This document shows positions 29,049-41,217 of a stretch of 64,000 nucleotides of DNA, piece by piece. A model generated the notes under the pieces. It was not told the origin of the DNA. It made no database searches and saw nothing but the letters and a program-made list of their open reading frames with translations. Numbering within the stretch: position 1 is the first letter of the stretch; each line of letters opens with the position of its first letter. The stretch comes from an uncultured Chloroflexia bacterium (GTDB lineage Bacteria > Chloroflexota > Limnocylindria > Limnocylindrales > CSP1-4): contig CAVQJC010000007.1 in NCBI GenBank assembly GCA_963712745.1, positions 1 through 64,000 of the forward strand, in the 5' to 3' direction. Made by a program: the position numbers and the translations under genes.

Positions 29049-30308
29049 GTGAGCGAGACCGACAGCGCCGGCAGGACTGTCCCTGGAGCCGCGGCCCTCG
29101 AGCGTGCGGACGTGGCGGTCATCGGCGCCGGCATCATCGGCCTGGCCACGACATTGCGGCTCCTGGAGCAGCGGCCGGACCTGTCGGTCGTTCTCCTCGA
29201 GAAGGAAAGCACGGTGGCCTCGCACCAGACGGGCCACAACAGCGGTGTCCTGCACGCGGGTCTCTATTACGAGCCCGGTTCACTCAAGGCACGCCTGTGC
29301 CGCGAGGGCAAGGCGGACCTGGAGGCATACTGCGAGGCACACGGGGTGCCCATCGAGCACACCGGCAAGCTGGTCATCGCCTCGGACGAGTCGGAGCTGG
29401 GACGGCTGGCGGCGATCAAAGAGCGGGGCCTGGCCAACGAGGTGCCCGGACTCGAGGAAGTCGGACCCGAGCGCATCCGCGAGCTGGAGCCACACGCGGT
29501 CGGACTCAGGGCCCTGTGGAGCCCCGGCACCGCCATCGTCGACTTCCTGGCCGTGGCCCTGGCCCTGGCCCATGACATCGTCGAGCGCGGTGCGGTCATC
29601 GAGACTCGCCGCGCGGCGACCTCGCTCGAGTCCCGCGCTGGGGATACCGTCGTCGGCACTTCTCGCGGGGACCTGCTGGCGCGACGGGTCATCGCCTGTG
29701 CCGGGCTGCAGGCCGATCGCGTGGCCGCCATGAGCGGCGACGTCCACGGGGAGCAGCCTCGGATCGTGCCCTTCCGCGGCGACTACTACACGCTCAAGCC
29801 GGAGGCGCGCCACCTGGTGAAGGGTCTCATCTACCCGGTGCCCGACCCGCAGTTCCCCTTCCTCGGGGTGCACCTCTCGCGGCGCATCGACGGGTCCGTG
29901 TTGGCCGGCCCCAACGCGGTCCTGGCCACGGCGCGTGAGGGCTATGGGCGCCTGCACGTCTCGCCGCGAGACCTGGCCGAGACGCTGGGCGACCCCGGAT
30001 TCCGCAGGCTGGCCCGGCGGTTCTGGCGGGTCGGAGCCGCGGAGTTGTGGCGCGACTGGTCCAAGCGTGCGTTCCTGGCCGGCCTGCGCCGGTACGTGCC
30101 GGCTCTGAGCTCGCAGCATCTCGTCTTCGGCCCCTCCGGCGTGCGGGCACAGGCGCTCCGGCCCGACGGCTCGCTGGTCGACGACTTCCTGCTGGGCGGC
30201 TCGGAGCGGGTGCTCCATGTGCTCAACGCGCCCTCGCCGGCGGCGACCTCCTCGCTGGCCATCGGGAGCGTGCTCGCGGGTGAGGCCATCGAGCGGTTCA
30301 GCCTGTAG
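29049..30308 (+). CDS. lhgO: L-2-hydroxyglutarate oxidase
   Basis: GAGIIG FAD motif, HQTGHNSGVLHAGLYY, PFRGDYY, IYPVPDPQFPFLGVH, NAPSPAATSSLAIG. Confidence 0.92.
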   Translation: MSETDSAGRTVPGAAALERADVAVIGAGIIGLATTLRLLEQRPDLSVVLLEKESTVASHQTGHNSGVLHAGLYYEPGSLKARLCREGKADLEAYCEAHGVPIEHTGKLVIASDESELGRLAAIKERGLANEVPGLEEVGPERIRELEPHAVGLRALWSPGTAIVDFLAVALALAHDIVERGAVIETRRAATSLESRAGDTVVGTSRGDLLARRVIACAGLQADRVAAMSGDVHGEQPRIVPFRGDYYTLKPEARHLVKGLIYPVPDPQFPFLGVHLSRRIDGSVLAGPNAVLATAREGYGRLHVSPRDLAETLGDPGFRRLARRFWRVGAAELWRDWSKRAFLAGLRRYVPALSSQHLVFGPSGVRAQALRPDGSLVDDFLLGGSERVLHVLNAPSPAATSSLAIGSVLAGEAIERFSL

Positions 30309-30409
30309 GCCAGGGGTGGACCGCCGTCCCATCGATTCGTACGGCTGCGGTCGGCAGTGAGATACGTGTACGCTGTCATCTGCCTGTCAACCAACGATGA
30401 GGTTGTGAC

Positions 30410-31303
30410 ATGACGTGGGAATCCCAGGGCCCCCAGACGCCGCAAGACCCGCGTGCGCCCGGTGCCCAGCAGCCTGGGCAGCCACTGCCGCCCGGATACC
30501 AGCCACCACCACCGGGTTACGCTCCGCCGCCTCCGGTCGACCCGTGGGCGCAGCCACAGCCGGGCCAGGCGCCGCCCCCGGGCTACGCGCCCCCGCCACC
30601 CGGCTATGGGCCGCCCCCGGGCTACGGGGCACCGCCGCCTCCAGACCCGATGTGGCGGCCGCCGCCCGCCTATCCGCTGGCGCCCGACGCGTACGCGGTC
30701 AACGTGTCCTTCGACCGGCAGGCCCGCATCAACCGCCTGTGGGGCATCCCGTTCGTCGGCCAGTTCGTCCGCTTCATCATGCTCATCCCGCACTTCATCG
30801 TGCTCTTCCTGGTCGCTATCGTGGCCGCCATCCAGATCCTCGTGGCCTGGATCCCGGTGCTGTTGCTGGGCCGCTTCCCCGGCTGGGGCTACCGCTGGAT
30901 CGGCGGTCTGCTGGGCTACACGTTGCGGGTCCAGGCATACGCCATGCTCATGACCGACACCTACCCGCCGTTCTCGCTGTCCGGCGAGGAGCATCCCGTC
31001 AGCGTCCGCTATGACGAGGGTGTGCGCATCAACCGCCTTTGGGGCATCCCGCTCATCGGCCAGCTCGTGCGTGGCATCCTGCTCATCCCCCACTTCATCA
31101 TCCTCTGGCTCCTTAGCATCCTGGCCTTCTTCCTGTACCTGGTGGTGTGGGTGCCCGTGCTCGTCCTGGGCCGGCAGGCGGACGTGATCTATACCATCGT
31201 CGGCGGCCTCTACCGATGGCAGCTGCGCGTGAGCACCTATCTGCTGCTTATGGTGGACCGCTACCCACCCTTCTCACTCGGCGAGGACGATCCGCGACTG
31301 TGA
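30410..31303 (+). CDS. Pro-rich membrane protein with two tandem DUF4389-like domains
   Basis: PPPGY repeats, then two roughly 100-aa repeats RINRLWGIP...LIPHFI...D.YPPFSL. Confidence 0.85.
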   Translation: MTWESQGPQTPQDPRAPGAQQPGQPLPPGYQPPPPGYAPPPPVDPWAQPQPGQAPPPGYAPPPPGYGPPPGYGAPPPPDPMWRPPPAYPLAPDAYAVNVSFDRQARINRLWGIPFVGQFVRFIMLIPHFIVLFLVAIVAAIQILVAWIPVLLLGRFPGWGYRWIGGLLGYTLRVQAYAMLMTDTYPPFSLSGEEHPVSVRYDEGVRINRLWGIPLIGQLVRGILLIPHFIILWLLSILAFFLYLVVWVPVLVLGRQADVIYTIVGGLYRWQLRVSTYLLLMVDRYPPFSLGEDDPRL

Positions 31304-31839
31304 CCGACAACGACGACGAGAGTCGAGCGACACCCTCTGACGACGACGCCCCTGGCGAGGCCTCGCCCGATCAGCTGGAGGGTGCGCTCGAGGCCGCCGA
31401 GGCCACCCTTACGCGAACGCCGGAGGTCGACTACCTGCTGGTTGCCGACCGGGCCGAGGTGGTCAACGGCAAGCTCTACCTGATGGGCGGCAGCTGGGAC
31501 CGCATCCAGCCGCAGCAGTTCCCGCACCGCATGATGCTGGGCATCGCGCTGGGCGTGCGCATCCCCTTCGCCTACACCGATGACGAGCACACGGTGGCTA
31601 TCGAGCTGCTACACGACCACACGCGCATGATCGGCTTCGAGGCCAAGCTGGCCACGGGCCGGCCCCCGGGCATGGCCGGCATGGACATGCTGGTTCCGAT
31701 GGCCTTCAACATCCCGGTCGCGATCCCCGGCGAGGGCCAGGTCACGCTGCGCGCCGTGATCGACGGCAAGTCCGGCCGCCGACACGAGATCAAGGTCATC
31801 CAGCGTCCGCAGCAGGGCCAGCAGATCCGACCGGCCTAG
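31300..31839 (+). CDS. Conserved hypothetical protein (DUF6941-like)
   Basis: LLVADRAEVVNGKLYLMGGSWD motif; GTGA overlap. Confidence 0.7.
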   Translation: MTDNDDESRATPSDDDAPGEASPDQLEGALEAAEATLTRTPEVDYLLVADRAEVVNGKLYLMGGSWDRIQPQQFPHRMMLGIALGVRIPFAYTDDEHTVAIELLHDHTRMIGFEAKLATGRPPGMAGMDMLVPMAFNIPVAIPGEGQVTLRAVIDGKSGRRHEIKVIQRPQQGQQIRPA

Positions 31840-32454
31840 GCGCAGAGGCCAAGGTCACCGACACAGGGCTGGGTCCGTCCAAGAGGCCGGTCCGCTGCGC
31901 CCGGAGGCCGGTCATGCCCCCGGACCTGACCCCGCCCAGCCGGGCGATCCACTCTCGGCCAGGCGGTTCTTCGCAACCATTGCAGAACATCGGCCCTGTC
32001 GCGCGGTCCCTGCTGTCTATTCGGGCCTGACCCGGGCCGTATCCGATATCCCACGCTCCGCCAGGCAGGACGCGGGGCAGGGCACGGTCCCACGAGCGCC
32101 CAGACGTTGTCGAAAGTGGCACGGGACGCGGGGTCTGTTCGATGACTGCAAAGATCCGTCGGGCTACGGTACGCCGGACGCCGGGAAGGGCTCAGCATTC
32201 AGTCGGGGTCGACAGGCTGGCCGACCTCGGCCACGATGTGAACGTCGATGCCATCTGGTACCTCGCCCCGCACGGGCTCCACTCGTTGGCGTAGTCGACA
32301 GAGCTGCCTTGCGGCGATCCACGCGGATCGCAGGGAGAGTGGCGGCGTAGCCGGGATGGTGACGCTGAGACCAGCGCCGATTCGAATGATTGCTTCAACG
32401 TTTGCGTGCTCCTGATGTCGGCCGCCGGGGATGCAGGCTCGATGGCTGCCCCAG

Positions 32455-32990
32455 TCAGCTCGTACCGGCCGCGGACGGCCGCGCCAGGCGATGGGAAACG
32501 GTCAGTCCGCGCCCTCGCGTCAACCGAGCTGCGGGACCTGCTGTCGCTCGGCGTGCTCCTCTAGCTCGGCGTACGTCCGCTCCGCGTGGCGGATCACGAA
32601 GGCGGCGTCCTCACCAAGCAGCTCAGTCATCCGATTCACCAGATCGTCGGCGTCACCGCCCACATGACCACGGGCATCCACCGCCGCTCGCGGCCGGTGT
32701 GGAGCAAGACGCCGGAGAAGTCCGGTAGCGTGGAGATTCGTCCGAGGCTCGCAAGCAGGACCGGCAGCTCGTCGGTGTCGGGGAGCCTGGACCCCTCGCT
32801 GACGAACGGCGTCGGCTCCAGCGAGGCCGAGGCTGCGGGATCCTGCTGACGGTCGTCGAGCACCCTGACCTCGCCGACGAGGAACAGGGTCGTCGGACAC
32901 CACGGGGCGGGGGATCGGACCAGAAGCTCCTCGAGCCAGGCGGCCGATCGCTCGGCCGCTTCGGGCGTGTCCTCCGCCAACGGCACGCCC
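32455..32990 (-). pseudogene. Degenerate gene fragments (unknown family)
   Basis: Protein-like stretches in two frames (AERSAAWLEELL...; DADDLVNRMTELLGEDAAFVIRHAE) broken by a frameshift and stops. Confidence 0.35.
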
Positions 32991-33039
32991 CGAACGTGGC
33001 GCGGTCCCCGTCGGATACCAGCAGGCCTTCGACGACAGC

Positions 33040-33796
33040 AGCACCGTCACGCCGGCATCGCCGTACCTCGCCTCCCGGACCTCGGAGGTGGGCGACTTCG
33101 ATCAGCTGTCCATCGACTTCGACGTCTACGCGCTCGTGGACGGGACCGTGCGCCGCCACCAGTCCGGCATCCGCGACGAGTCCTCCGCGCTCGAGCGACC
33201 ACCGGGCGAGGCTGCGCCGGACTACCGTCTTGTCGACGGCTCGGGGCGTGACGTGAGCGACGGTCGACTGTATCTCCATGACGCGGCCGCCGATAGCATC
33301 GTCGCCTTCGGCAAGATCGACGGCCGATACCTGGGTGGGTGGGTCACGAGCGGCGGCGAGATTGACGACATCCGCGGCATGTACGTCATCGAGGGCGGCC
33401 TGACCACGGAGGGCCAGCGCAAGGACGACACCCTCGTGTGGATCACGCCGGCGGCCATCTACCGGGCATCGCTCCCGCTGACGGCAGCACGGGCCGACGA
33501 CCCCGCGCCCGACCCGTCCCCGGCTCCGCTGGTGGACGCGGCGCGTGACGACTTGCTCGAGCTCTCCATCACGACATCGCGATCCACCTGGACTCGATGA
33601 CCCGCTCCTGCGACCCCCGGCCGGCACCTACCGGCTCTTCGTCGAGGCCAGATACGGATGGCCCGACCGTGGCGATGGCTCGACGCTCGCCGCGGAGGCG
33701 ACGGTCGAGGTCGTGGAGACGTCCGATGCGCGGGCTGCCAGCGCCCCGCCCGTCACGCCGGACGACCCCGTCTCGACGACGTCACCGCAGCCGTAG
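33040..33796 (+). pseudogene. Truncated, frameshifted fragments of an extracytoplasmic protein
   Basis: ...DGRLYLHDAAADSIVAFGKIDGRYLGGW... then frameshift into LDDPLLRPPAGTYRLFVEARY; no clear start. Confidence 0.4.
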
Positions 33797-33949
33797 GGCA
33801 GCCCGATCGCGAAAGTGCCCTGATCTTTCCGCTATCACACGGCCGGCTCGGCCTCCGCTCACCACCCGCTGTGGACTGCTGAGACTATGGGACCAGCGAT
33901 GTCAGCAAGGGCATCGTTCACTGAAGGCGCTTCGCCCGTACCCCTCGGC

Positions 33950-33994
33950 CTCGTCGACGCCTCGCTCGTCGACGCCTCGCTCGTTGACGCCTGC
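33950..33994. repeat. Three 15-bp tandem repeats
   Basis: CTCGTCGACGCCTCG x2 plus CTCGTTGACGCCTGC. Confidence 0.85.
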
Positions 33995-34038
33995 GGCGCG
34001 CACGTCTAGACTTAATCCTGACGAAATCAGTCAGGATT
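33984..34038 (+). promoter_or_regulatory. suf/cys operon promoter and Rrf2-type operator
   Basis: TTGACG (33984), 17 nt, TAGACT (34007); perfect 9-7-9 palindrome AATCCTGAC-GAAATCA-GTCAGGATT (34014-34038). Confidence 0.8.
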
Positions 34039-34102
34039 GCCGGTGCCGCATGCCTTCGCGGCGACCCCAGTCGGCCCGGCGACCAGGAGACCAGCCAGCA
34101 TC

Positions 34103-34632
34103 GTGCCTACGACCGTCCCGAGTTCGGGAGCCCTTCACTTCTCCACCCGCGGAGAGTACGGCGTGCGCCTCATGGTCGAGCTGGCATACCACTACGGCAG
34201 TGGTCCCGTGAGCCTGTCCGAGATGGCCGATCACGAATCGCTGCCGCGGCCCTACCTGGAACAGTTGGTAGTGAACCTGCGCGAGGCAGGCCTGGTGATC
34301 AGCACCCGCGGAGCCCGGGGCGGCTACGAGCTGTCTCGTGCGCCTGCCCAGATCCACATGAGCGAGGTCATCACGGCCTTGGAGGGGCCCATCGCTCCGA
34401 TGATGTGCGCAGTCGATGACCCCGGTCACGCGGAGACCTGCCAGCGTCTGGATTTCTGCAACGTCGAACGCCTGTGGTTGCGCGTCCGCGACGCCATCGT
34501 GGCGGCGCTCGACTCCATGACCCTCGAGGAACTCGCCGAGCCCCGGCCCGGCCATCCCGCCCATCCACGTCAGGCCCTCGTGGCCGTCCAGCCGCTTAAC
34601 GAGCGATCTACCAAGGAGCCCGTCGCCCAGCC

Positions 34633-34636
<4 letters not shown>
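34103..34636 (+). CDS. Rrf2-family (IscR/CymR-like) regulator with three Cys
   Basis: STRGEYGVRLMVELA, YLEQLV, STRGARGGYEL, C-x10-C-x5-C. Confidence 0.92.
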
Positions 34637-35550
<914 letters not shown>

Positions 35551-35617
35551 CGCGACCATTCGATACCGGCCCGCGGAGCCATCCCGCCCCGCCTGACCGA
35601 AGTCGGAGACGCGACCG

Positions 35618-36907
<1,290 letters not shown>

Positions 36908-36944
36908 GTAAGCCCCCACCGCATCGAGTACCCTGCACAAGCCC

Positions 36945-37351
<407 letters not shown>

Positions 37352-37355
<4 letters not shown>

Positions 37356-37429
37356 CCCCCGTGCTCCTCGGCATGATGGCCAGGGGGTCATGCGCGTGTC
37401 GTCGGCCGGCCAGCGAGGCCGGCGCCTGA
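37352..37429 (+). CDS. Putative 25-aa leader peptide MTPVLLGMMARGSCACRRPASEAGA
   Basis: ATGA overlap with the sufU stop, GGAGG RBS 7 nt upstream, embedded in an 11-bp inverted repeat. Confidence 0.45.
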
Positions 37430-37490
37430 CGACCATCCATCTCCTCCTCATCGACAGCCCGAGTCGATCCAGCACGGAGCAACACCCCCG

Positions 37491-38675
37491 ATGACCAAGT
37501 CATACCGAGACCTCCTCGCCGAGGCGCGAGCGCAGGTTCCCGAGGTGACCGCGGCGCAGGCCGAGCTCGCGGCCGAGCGTGGCGCCATCCTCCTCGACTG
37601 CCGCGAGGACAGCGAGTGGGAGCAGGGCCACGCGGCCGGCGCCAGGCACCTCTCCAAGTCCTACATCGAGCAGGACATCGAGGCGCTCGCGCCGGACCGC
37701 ACCACTTCCATCGTGGTCTACTGCGCGGGCGGCATCCGCTCGCTGTTCGCGGCCCAGACACTCAAGACCATGGGCTATGCCGAGGTCAGCTCGATGAGTG
37801 GCGGCTTCCAGGCCTGGAAGTCCGAAGGGCGTGCCTGGGAGCAGCCGACCGTGCTCACGCCTGCGCAGAAGTCTCGCTACTCGCGCCACCTGCTGATCCC
37901 CGAGGTGGGCGCCGAGGGCCAGACCAGGCTGCTCGACTCCAAGGTGCTCTTCATCGGTGCCGGCGGCCTGGGCAGCCCGGCCATGCTCTACATGGCGGCT
38001 GCCGGCGTGGGCACAATCGGCATCGTCGACTTCGACGTCGTCGACGCCTCCAACCTGCAGCGCCAGATCATCCACCGCACCGATCGTGTAGGCATGCGCA
38101 AGGTGGAGTCGGCGGAGATGACCATCACCGACCTCAATCCCGACGTGAAGGTGGTGGCCCACGAGGTCATGCTGGGGCCCGACAACGTCGAGGAGCTCAT
38201 CGCCGGTTACGACCTCATCTTCGACGGCACGGACACGTTCGAGACGCGCTACGTGCTCAACGACGCGGCGGTCGAGGCCGGCATCCCGGTGGTGCATGCC
38301 TCGGTCTTCCGTTTCGAGGGCCAGCTCACGGTGTTCAAGCCCTATGAGGGCCCCTGCTACCGCTGCCTCTATCCCACGCCCCCGCCGCCCGAGCTGGCAC
38401 CCGGCTGCTCGGTGGCCGGAGTGCTGGGTGTCGTGCCCGGCGTGATGGGCTTGCTCCAGGCCACCGAGGGCCTCAAGGTCCTGCTCGACATCGGCGACTC
38501 GCTGGCGGGCCGTCTGCTCATCTACGACGCGCTCGACGGGGCCTTCAGCGAGCTCCAGCTCCAGCGCGACCCGAAGTGCCCGGCCTGCGGCGACGGCGAG
38601 CTCACCGAGCCGGCTGGCGACGGCGTCTTCGCTCTGCCCACCACACCAGCTGCCACGACGGGGGTGAACGCATGA
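37491..38675 (+). CDS. moeB: Rhodanese-MoeB/ThiF fusion (MoeZ-like sulfur-carrier adenylyltransferase)
   Basis: N-terminal rhodanese (DCREDSEW, YCAGGIRS); RYSRHL, GAGGLG, SNLQRQ, CYRC, CPAC. Confidence 0.92.
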   Translation: MTKSYRDLLAEARAQVPEVTAAQAELAAERGAILLDCREDSEWEQGHAAGARHLSKSYIEQDIEALAPDRTTSIVVYCAGGIRSLFAAQTLKTMGYAEVSSMSGGFQAWKSEGRAWEQPTVLTPAQKSRYSRHLLIPEVGAEGQTRLLDSKVLFIGAGGLGSPAMLYMAAAGVGTIGIVDFDVVDASNLQRQIIHRTDRVGMRKVESAEMTITDLNPDVKVVAHEVMLGPDNVEELIAGYDLIFDGTDTFETRYVLNDAAVEAGIPVVHASVFRFEGQLTVFKPYEGPCYRCLYPTPPPPELAPGCSVAGVLGVVPGVMGLLQATEGLKVLLDIGDSLAGRLLIYDALDGAFSELQLQRDPKCPACGDGELTEPAGDGVFALPTTPAATTGVNA

Positions 38676-38947
38676 CTGCGGTCCGGATCCCGCCGGTGCT
38701 GCGCGCGCAGGCCGGCAACCAGAAGAAGGTCGAGGTCACCGGCTCCACGGTCGGCGACGCCCTCGCCTCGCTGCTCGAGCAGTTCCCCGGCCTGCGAGCG
38801 CAGATCTTCACCGAGGACGGTTCGCTCAATCGCTTCGTCAACGTCTATGTCAACGGCCGCGACGTGCGCTACGAGCAGGAGCTGGCCACCCCGGTAGGGG
38901 AGAGCGACGAGGTCATCCTGCTGCCGGCCATGGCCGGGGGTCGCTAG
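38672..38947 (+). CDS. Ubiquitin-like MoaD/ThiS/CysO sulfur carrier (C-terminus GG-R)
   Basis: VRIPPVLR, NRFVNVYVNGRDVR, ILLPAMAGGR*. Confidence 0.9.
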   Translation: MTAVRIPPVLRAQAGNQKKVEVTGSTVGDALASLLEQFPGLRAQIFTEDGSLNRFVNVYVNGRDVRYEQELATPVGESDEVILLPAMAGGR

Positions 38948-38962
38948 CGAGGGCAGTTGGTC

Positions 38963-39979
38963 GTGACCACGACCGAACGACAGTCCGGTACCGAGATCGA
39001 CGCCCTGCGCCCGCATGCCCACGGCGGGAATGCCCGCCACGGAGGGCGCTTCCCCAGCATCGTCGACGCCATCGGCTTCACGCCGCTGGTCGAGGTGGCC
39101 CTGATCTGTCCCAATCCCAACGTGAGGCTGTACGTCAAGCTCGAGTTCATGAACCCCACCGGGTCGGTCAAGGACCGCGTGGCCAAGTACCTGATGGAGG
39201 ATCTCGAGGCCTCCGGCCGGCTGTCGCCGGACTCGATCATCATCGAGCCGACCAGCGGCAACACCGGCATCGGCCTGGCCATGATCGCGCGCCGCAAGGG
39301 CTATCGCGTGGCCGTGGTGGTGCCCGACAACGTGACCATGGAACGGCGCCAGCTACTGGCGCTGTTCGGGGCCGAGGTCATCGACTCGCCGGGCCACCTC
39401 GGATCGAACGGTGCGGTGGCGCTGGCCAAGCACCTGGTGCAGAAGGATCCCCGCTTCGTGATGCCCTACCAGTACGGCAACCCGGCCAATCCTCGCGCCC
39501 ACGAGGAGACGACCGCCGAGGAGATCATCGCCGACTGTCCCGAGGTCGACGCCTTCGTGGCCGGCCTGGGCACGGGCGGCACGCTCATGGGCGTGGGCCG
39601 GCGACTGCGCCGTCACAACCCCGACGTGCGCGTGTACGCGGCCGAGCCGCTGCCTGGTGAGAGGGTGCAGGGACTGCGCTCGCTCGACGAAGGCTTCATC
39701 CCCGAGATCTTCGACCCCACCGGCATCGACGGCAAGTTCCTCGTCTCCAACACCGAGGCCATCGAGGCGGTACGCGAGCTGACCGAGAAGGAGGGTATCT
39801 TCGCCGGCGTCTCCTGTGGTGCGGTCATGGTGGCGGCCAAGCAGCTGGCCCGCGAGATGGAGCGCGGCACCATCGTGGCGTTGCTCGCCGACGGCGGCTG
39901 GAAGTACCTCTCCGAAGACATCTGGACCCGCGACCTCGAGGCCGACGAGGACGAGATCGACAGTCTCAACCTATGGTGA
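38963..39979 (+). CDS. cysM: PLP-dependent cysteine synthase (CysM, likely CysO-dependent)
   Basis: KLEFMNPTGSVKDR, EPTSGNTG, QYGNPAN, GLGTGGT, ADGGWKYLS. Confidence 0.9.
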   Translation: MTTTERQSGTEIDALRPHAHGGNARHGGRFPSIVDAIGFTPLVEVALICPNPNVRLYVKLEFMNPTGSVKDRVAKYLMEDLEASGRLSPDSIIIEPTSGNTGIGLAMIARRKGYRVAVVVPDNVTMERRQLLALFGAEVIDSPGHLGSNGAVALAKHLVQKDPRFVMPYQYGNPANPRAHEETTAEEIIADCPEVDAFVAGLGTGGTLMGVGRRLRRHNPDVRVYAAEPLPGERVQGLRSLDEGFIPEIFDPTGIDGKFLVSNTEAIEAVRELTEKEGIFAGVSCGAVMVAAKQLAREMERGTIVALLADGGWKYLSEDIWTRDLEADEDEIDSLNLW

Positions 39980-40581
39980 GCGACGAGCGCGGGCCCAGCC
40001 GCGCCCCCGAGGTCCCGTCGTCGGCCGATGAGCCTGCGTCCGCGGGCGAGAGGGGAGTGGTGCCCGAGGTCGACGCCTGGCAGCGTGCCGCCGACAGCGG
40101 CGCGGCTGCCCACCAGCGTGCCGTCGGCGTCGGTGCCGGCCGCGGCGCCGGGCCACCGTGGGTGCCTGCGTCTGCGCGCATCCCCGCGCCCATCCGGGAG
40201 GAGGTCGTCGACTGGCTCCGCGCGGCCCTGCCCAACGAGGGCTGCGGCGTGCTCGTGGCAGAGCGCGTGGCCGAGGATGGCGGTGTGCCCTCGCGTTTCG
40301 TAGGCATGCGCAACGTCGCCGAGTCGCCCTTCCGCTACCTGATGGATCCCATCGAACAGCTGGAGATGCTCGAGGAGATCGACGAACGGGATGAGGTGGT
40401 CTGGGCCATCGTCCACTCCCACGTGGCTTCGCCGCCCTATCCCTCACCGACCGACATCGGCCTGGCCGCCTTTCCTGAGGCCATCTACCTGCTCGCCTCG
40501 TTCGCGGGCGAAGCGCCGGAGATCCGCGCCTGGACCATCGTCGACGGGGCCGTCAACGAGGTCGTGCTCGAGCGCACCTGA
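39973..40581 (+). CDS. JAMM/MPN+ (M67) metallopeptidase, Mec-like
   Basis: PNEGCGVL and HSHVASPPYPSPTD (E...HxH-x7-S-x2-D). Confidence 0.9.
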   Translation: MVSDERGPSRAPEVPSSADEPASAGERGVVPEVDAWQRAADSGAAAHQRAVGVGAGRGAGPPWVPASARIPAPIREEVVDWLRAALPNEGCGVLVAERVAEDGGVPSRFVGMRNVAESPFRYLMDPIEQLEMLEEIDERDEVVWAIVHSHVASPPYPSPTDIGLAAFPEAIYLLASFAGEAPEIRAWTIVDGAVNEVVLERT

Positions 40582-40670
40582 GTCCTCGGCCGAGGGAGCT
40601 TGGGGCATCGCCCGGCTGCGCGATGATCGGGGGCAGTACACTCGCCTCCAATCGCAGCGGAGAACATCTC

Positions 40671-41159
40671 ATGAGCCAACTCCTGGTCATCACCTTCGAG
40701 AAGCGCGAGACCGCCGGCCAGGCCGCCGAGCGGCTCAAGGGCCTGCAGGGGGCCCACGGCGTCGACATCAACGACATGGCCGTGGTGGAGAAGGATGAGG
40801 ACGGCAAGGTCCAAGTCCACCACGGCGTCGATACGACCACGGCCGGCGGAGCCATCGTGGGTGGTGCGCTCGGTCTTCTGCTGGGCATCGTCTTCTTCCC
40901 CGTGGCGGGTCTTGCCATCGGCGCTCTCGCCGGTGGGTTCATCGGCCGCTCCCTGCACCAGAACGTGGACAAGGGCCTCGTCCAAGACGTGACCAACGAC
41001 CTGAGCGAGAACACCTCGGCCCTCTTCGTGATCGGCAGCTCCGCCTCACCGTCGGCCGTCATCGGCGCCCTTGAGCCGTACAAGGGCAAGGTCTACCAGA
41101 CCACCCTCGATGCGGAGACCGAGGCACAGATCCAGGCCGCTCTCGACAAGGAAGGCTAG
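40671..41159 (+). CDS. DUF1269 family membrane protein
   Basis: DMAVVEKDEDGKV, glycine-zipper GAIVGGALGLLLG, SALFV. Confidence 0.85.
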   Translation: MSQLLVITFEKRETAGQAAERLKGLQGAHGVDINDMAVVEKDEDGKVQVHHGVDTTTAGGAIVGGALGLLLGIVFFPVAGLAIGALAGGFIGRSLHQNVDKGLVQDVTNDLSENTSALFVIGSSASPSAVIGALEPYKGKVYQTTLDAETEAQIQAALDKEG

Positions 41160-41217
41160 GCCTAGGCCAGGCGCGTGGCGCGGGTGGTCGGAGGGGCGAC
41201 GGCCTGACCCTGCTCGG

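Noticed and set aside
33950-33994. Possible CRISPR mini-array
   Set aside because: Contiguous 15-bp units without spacers; no cas genes.
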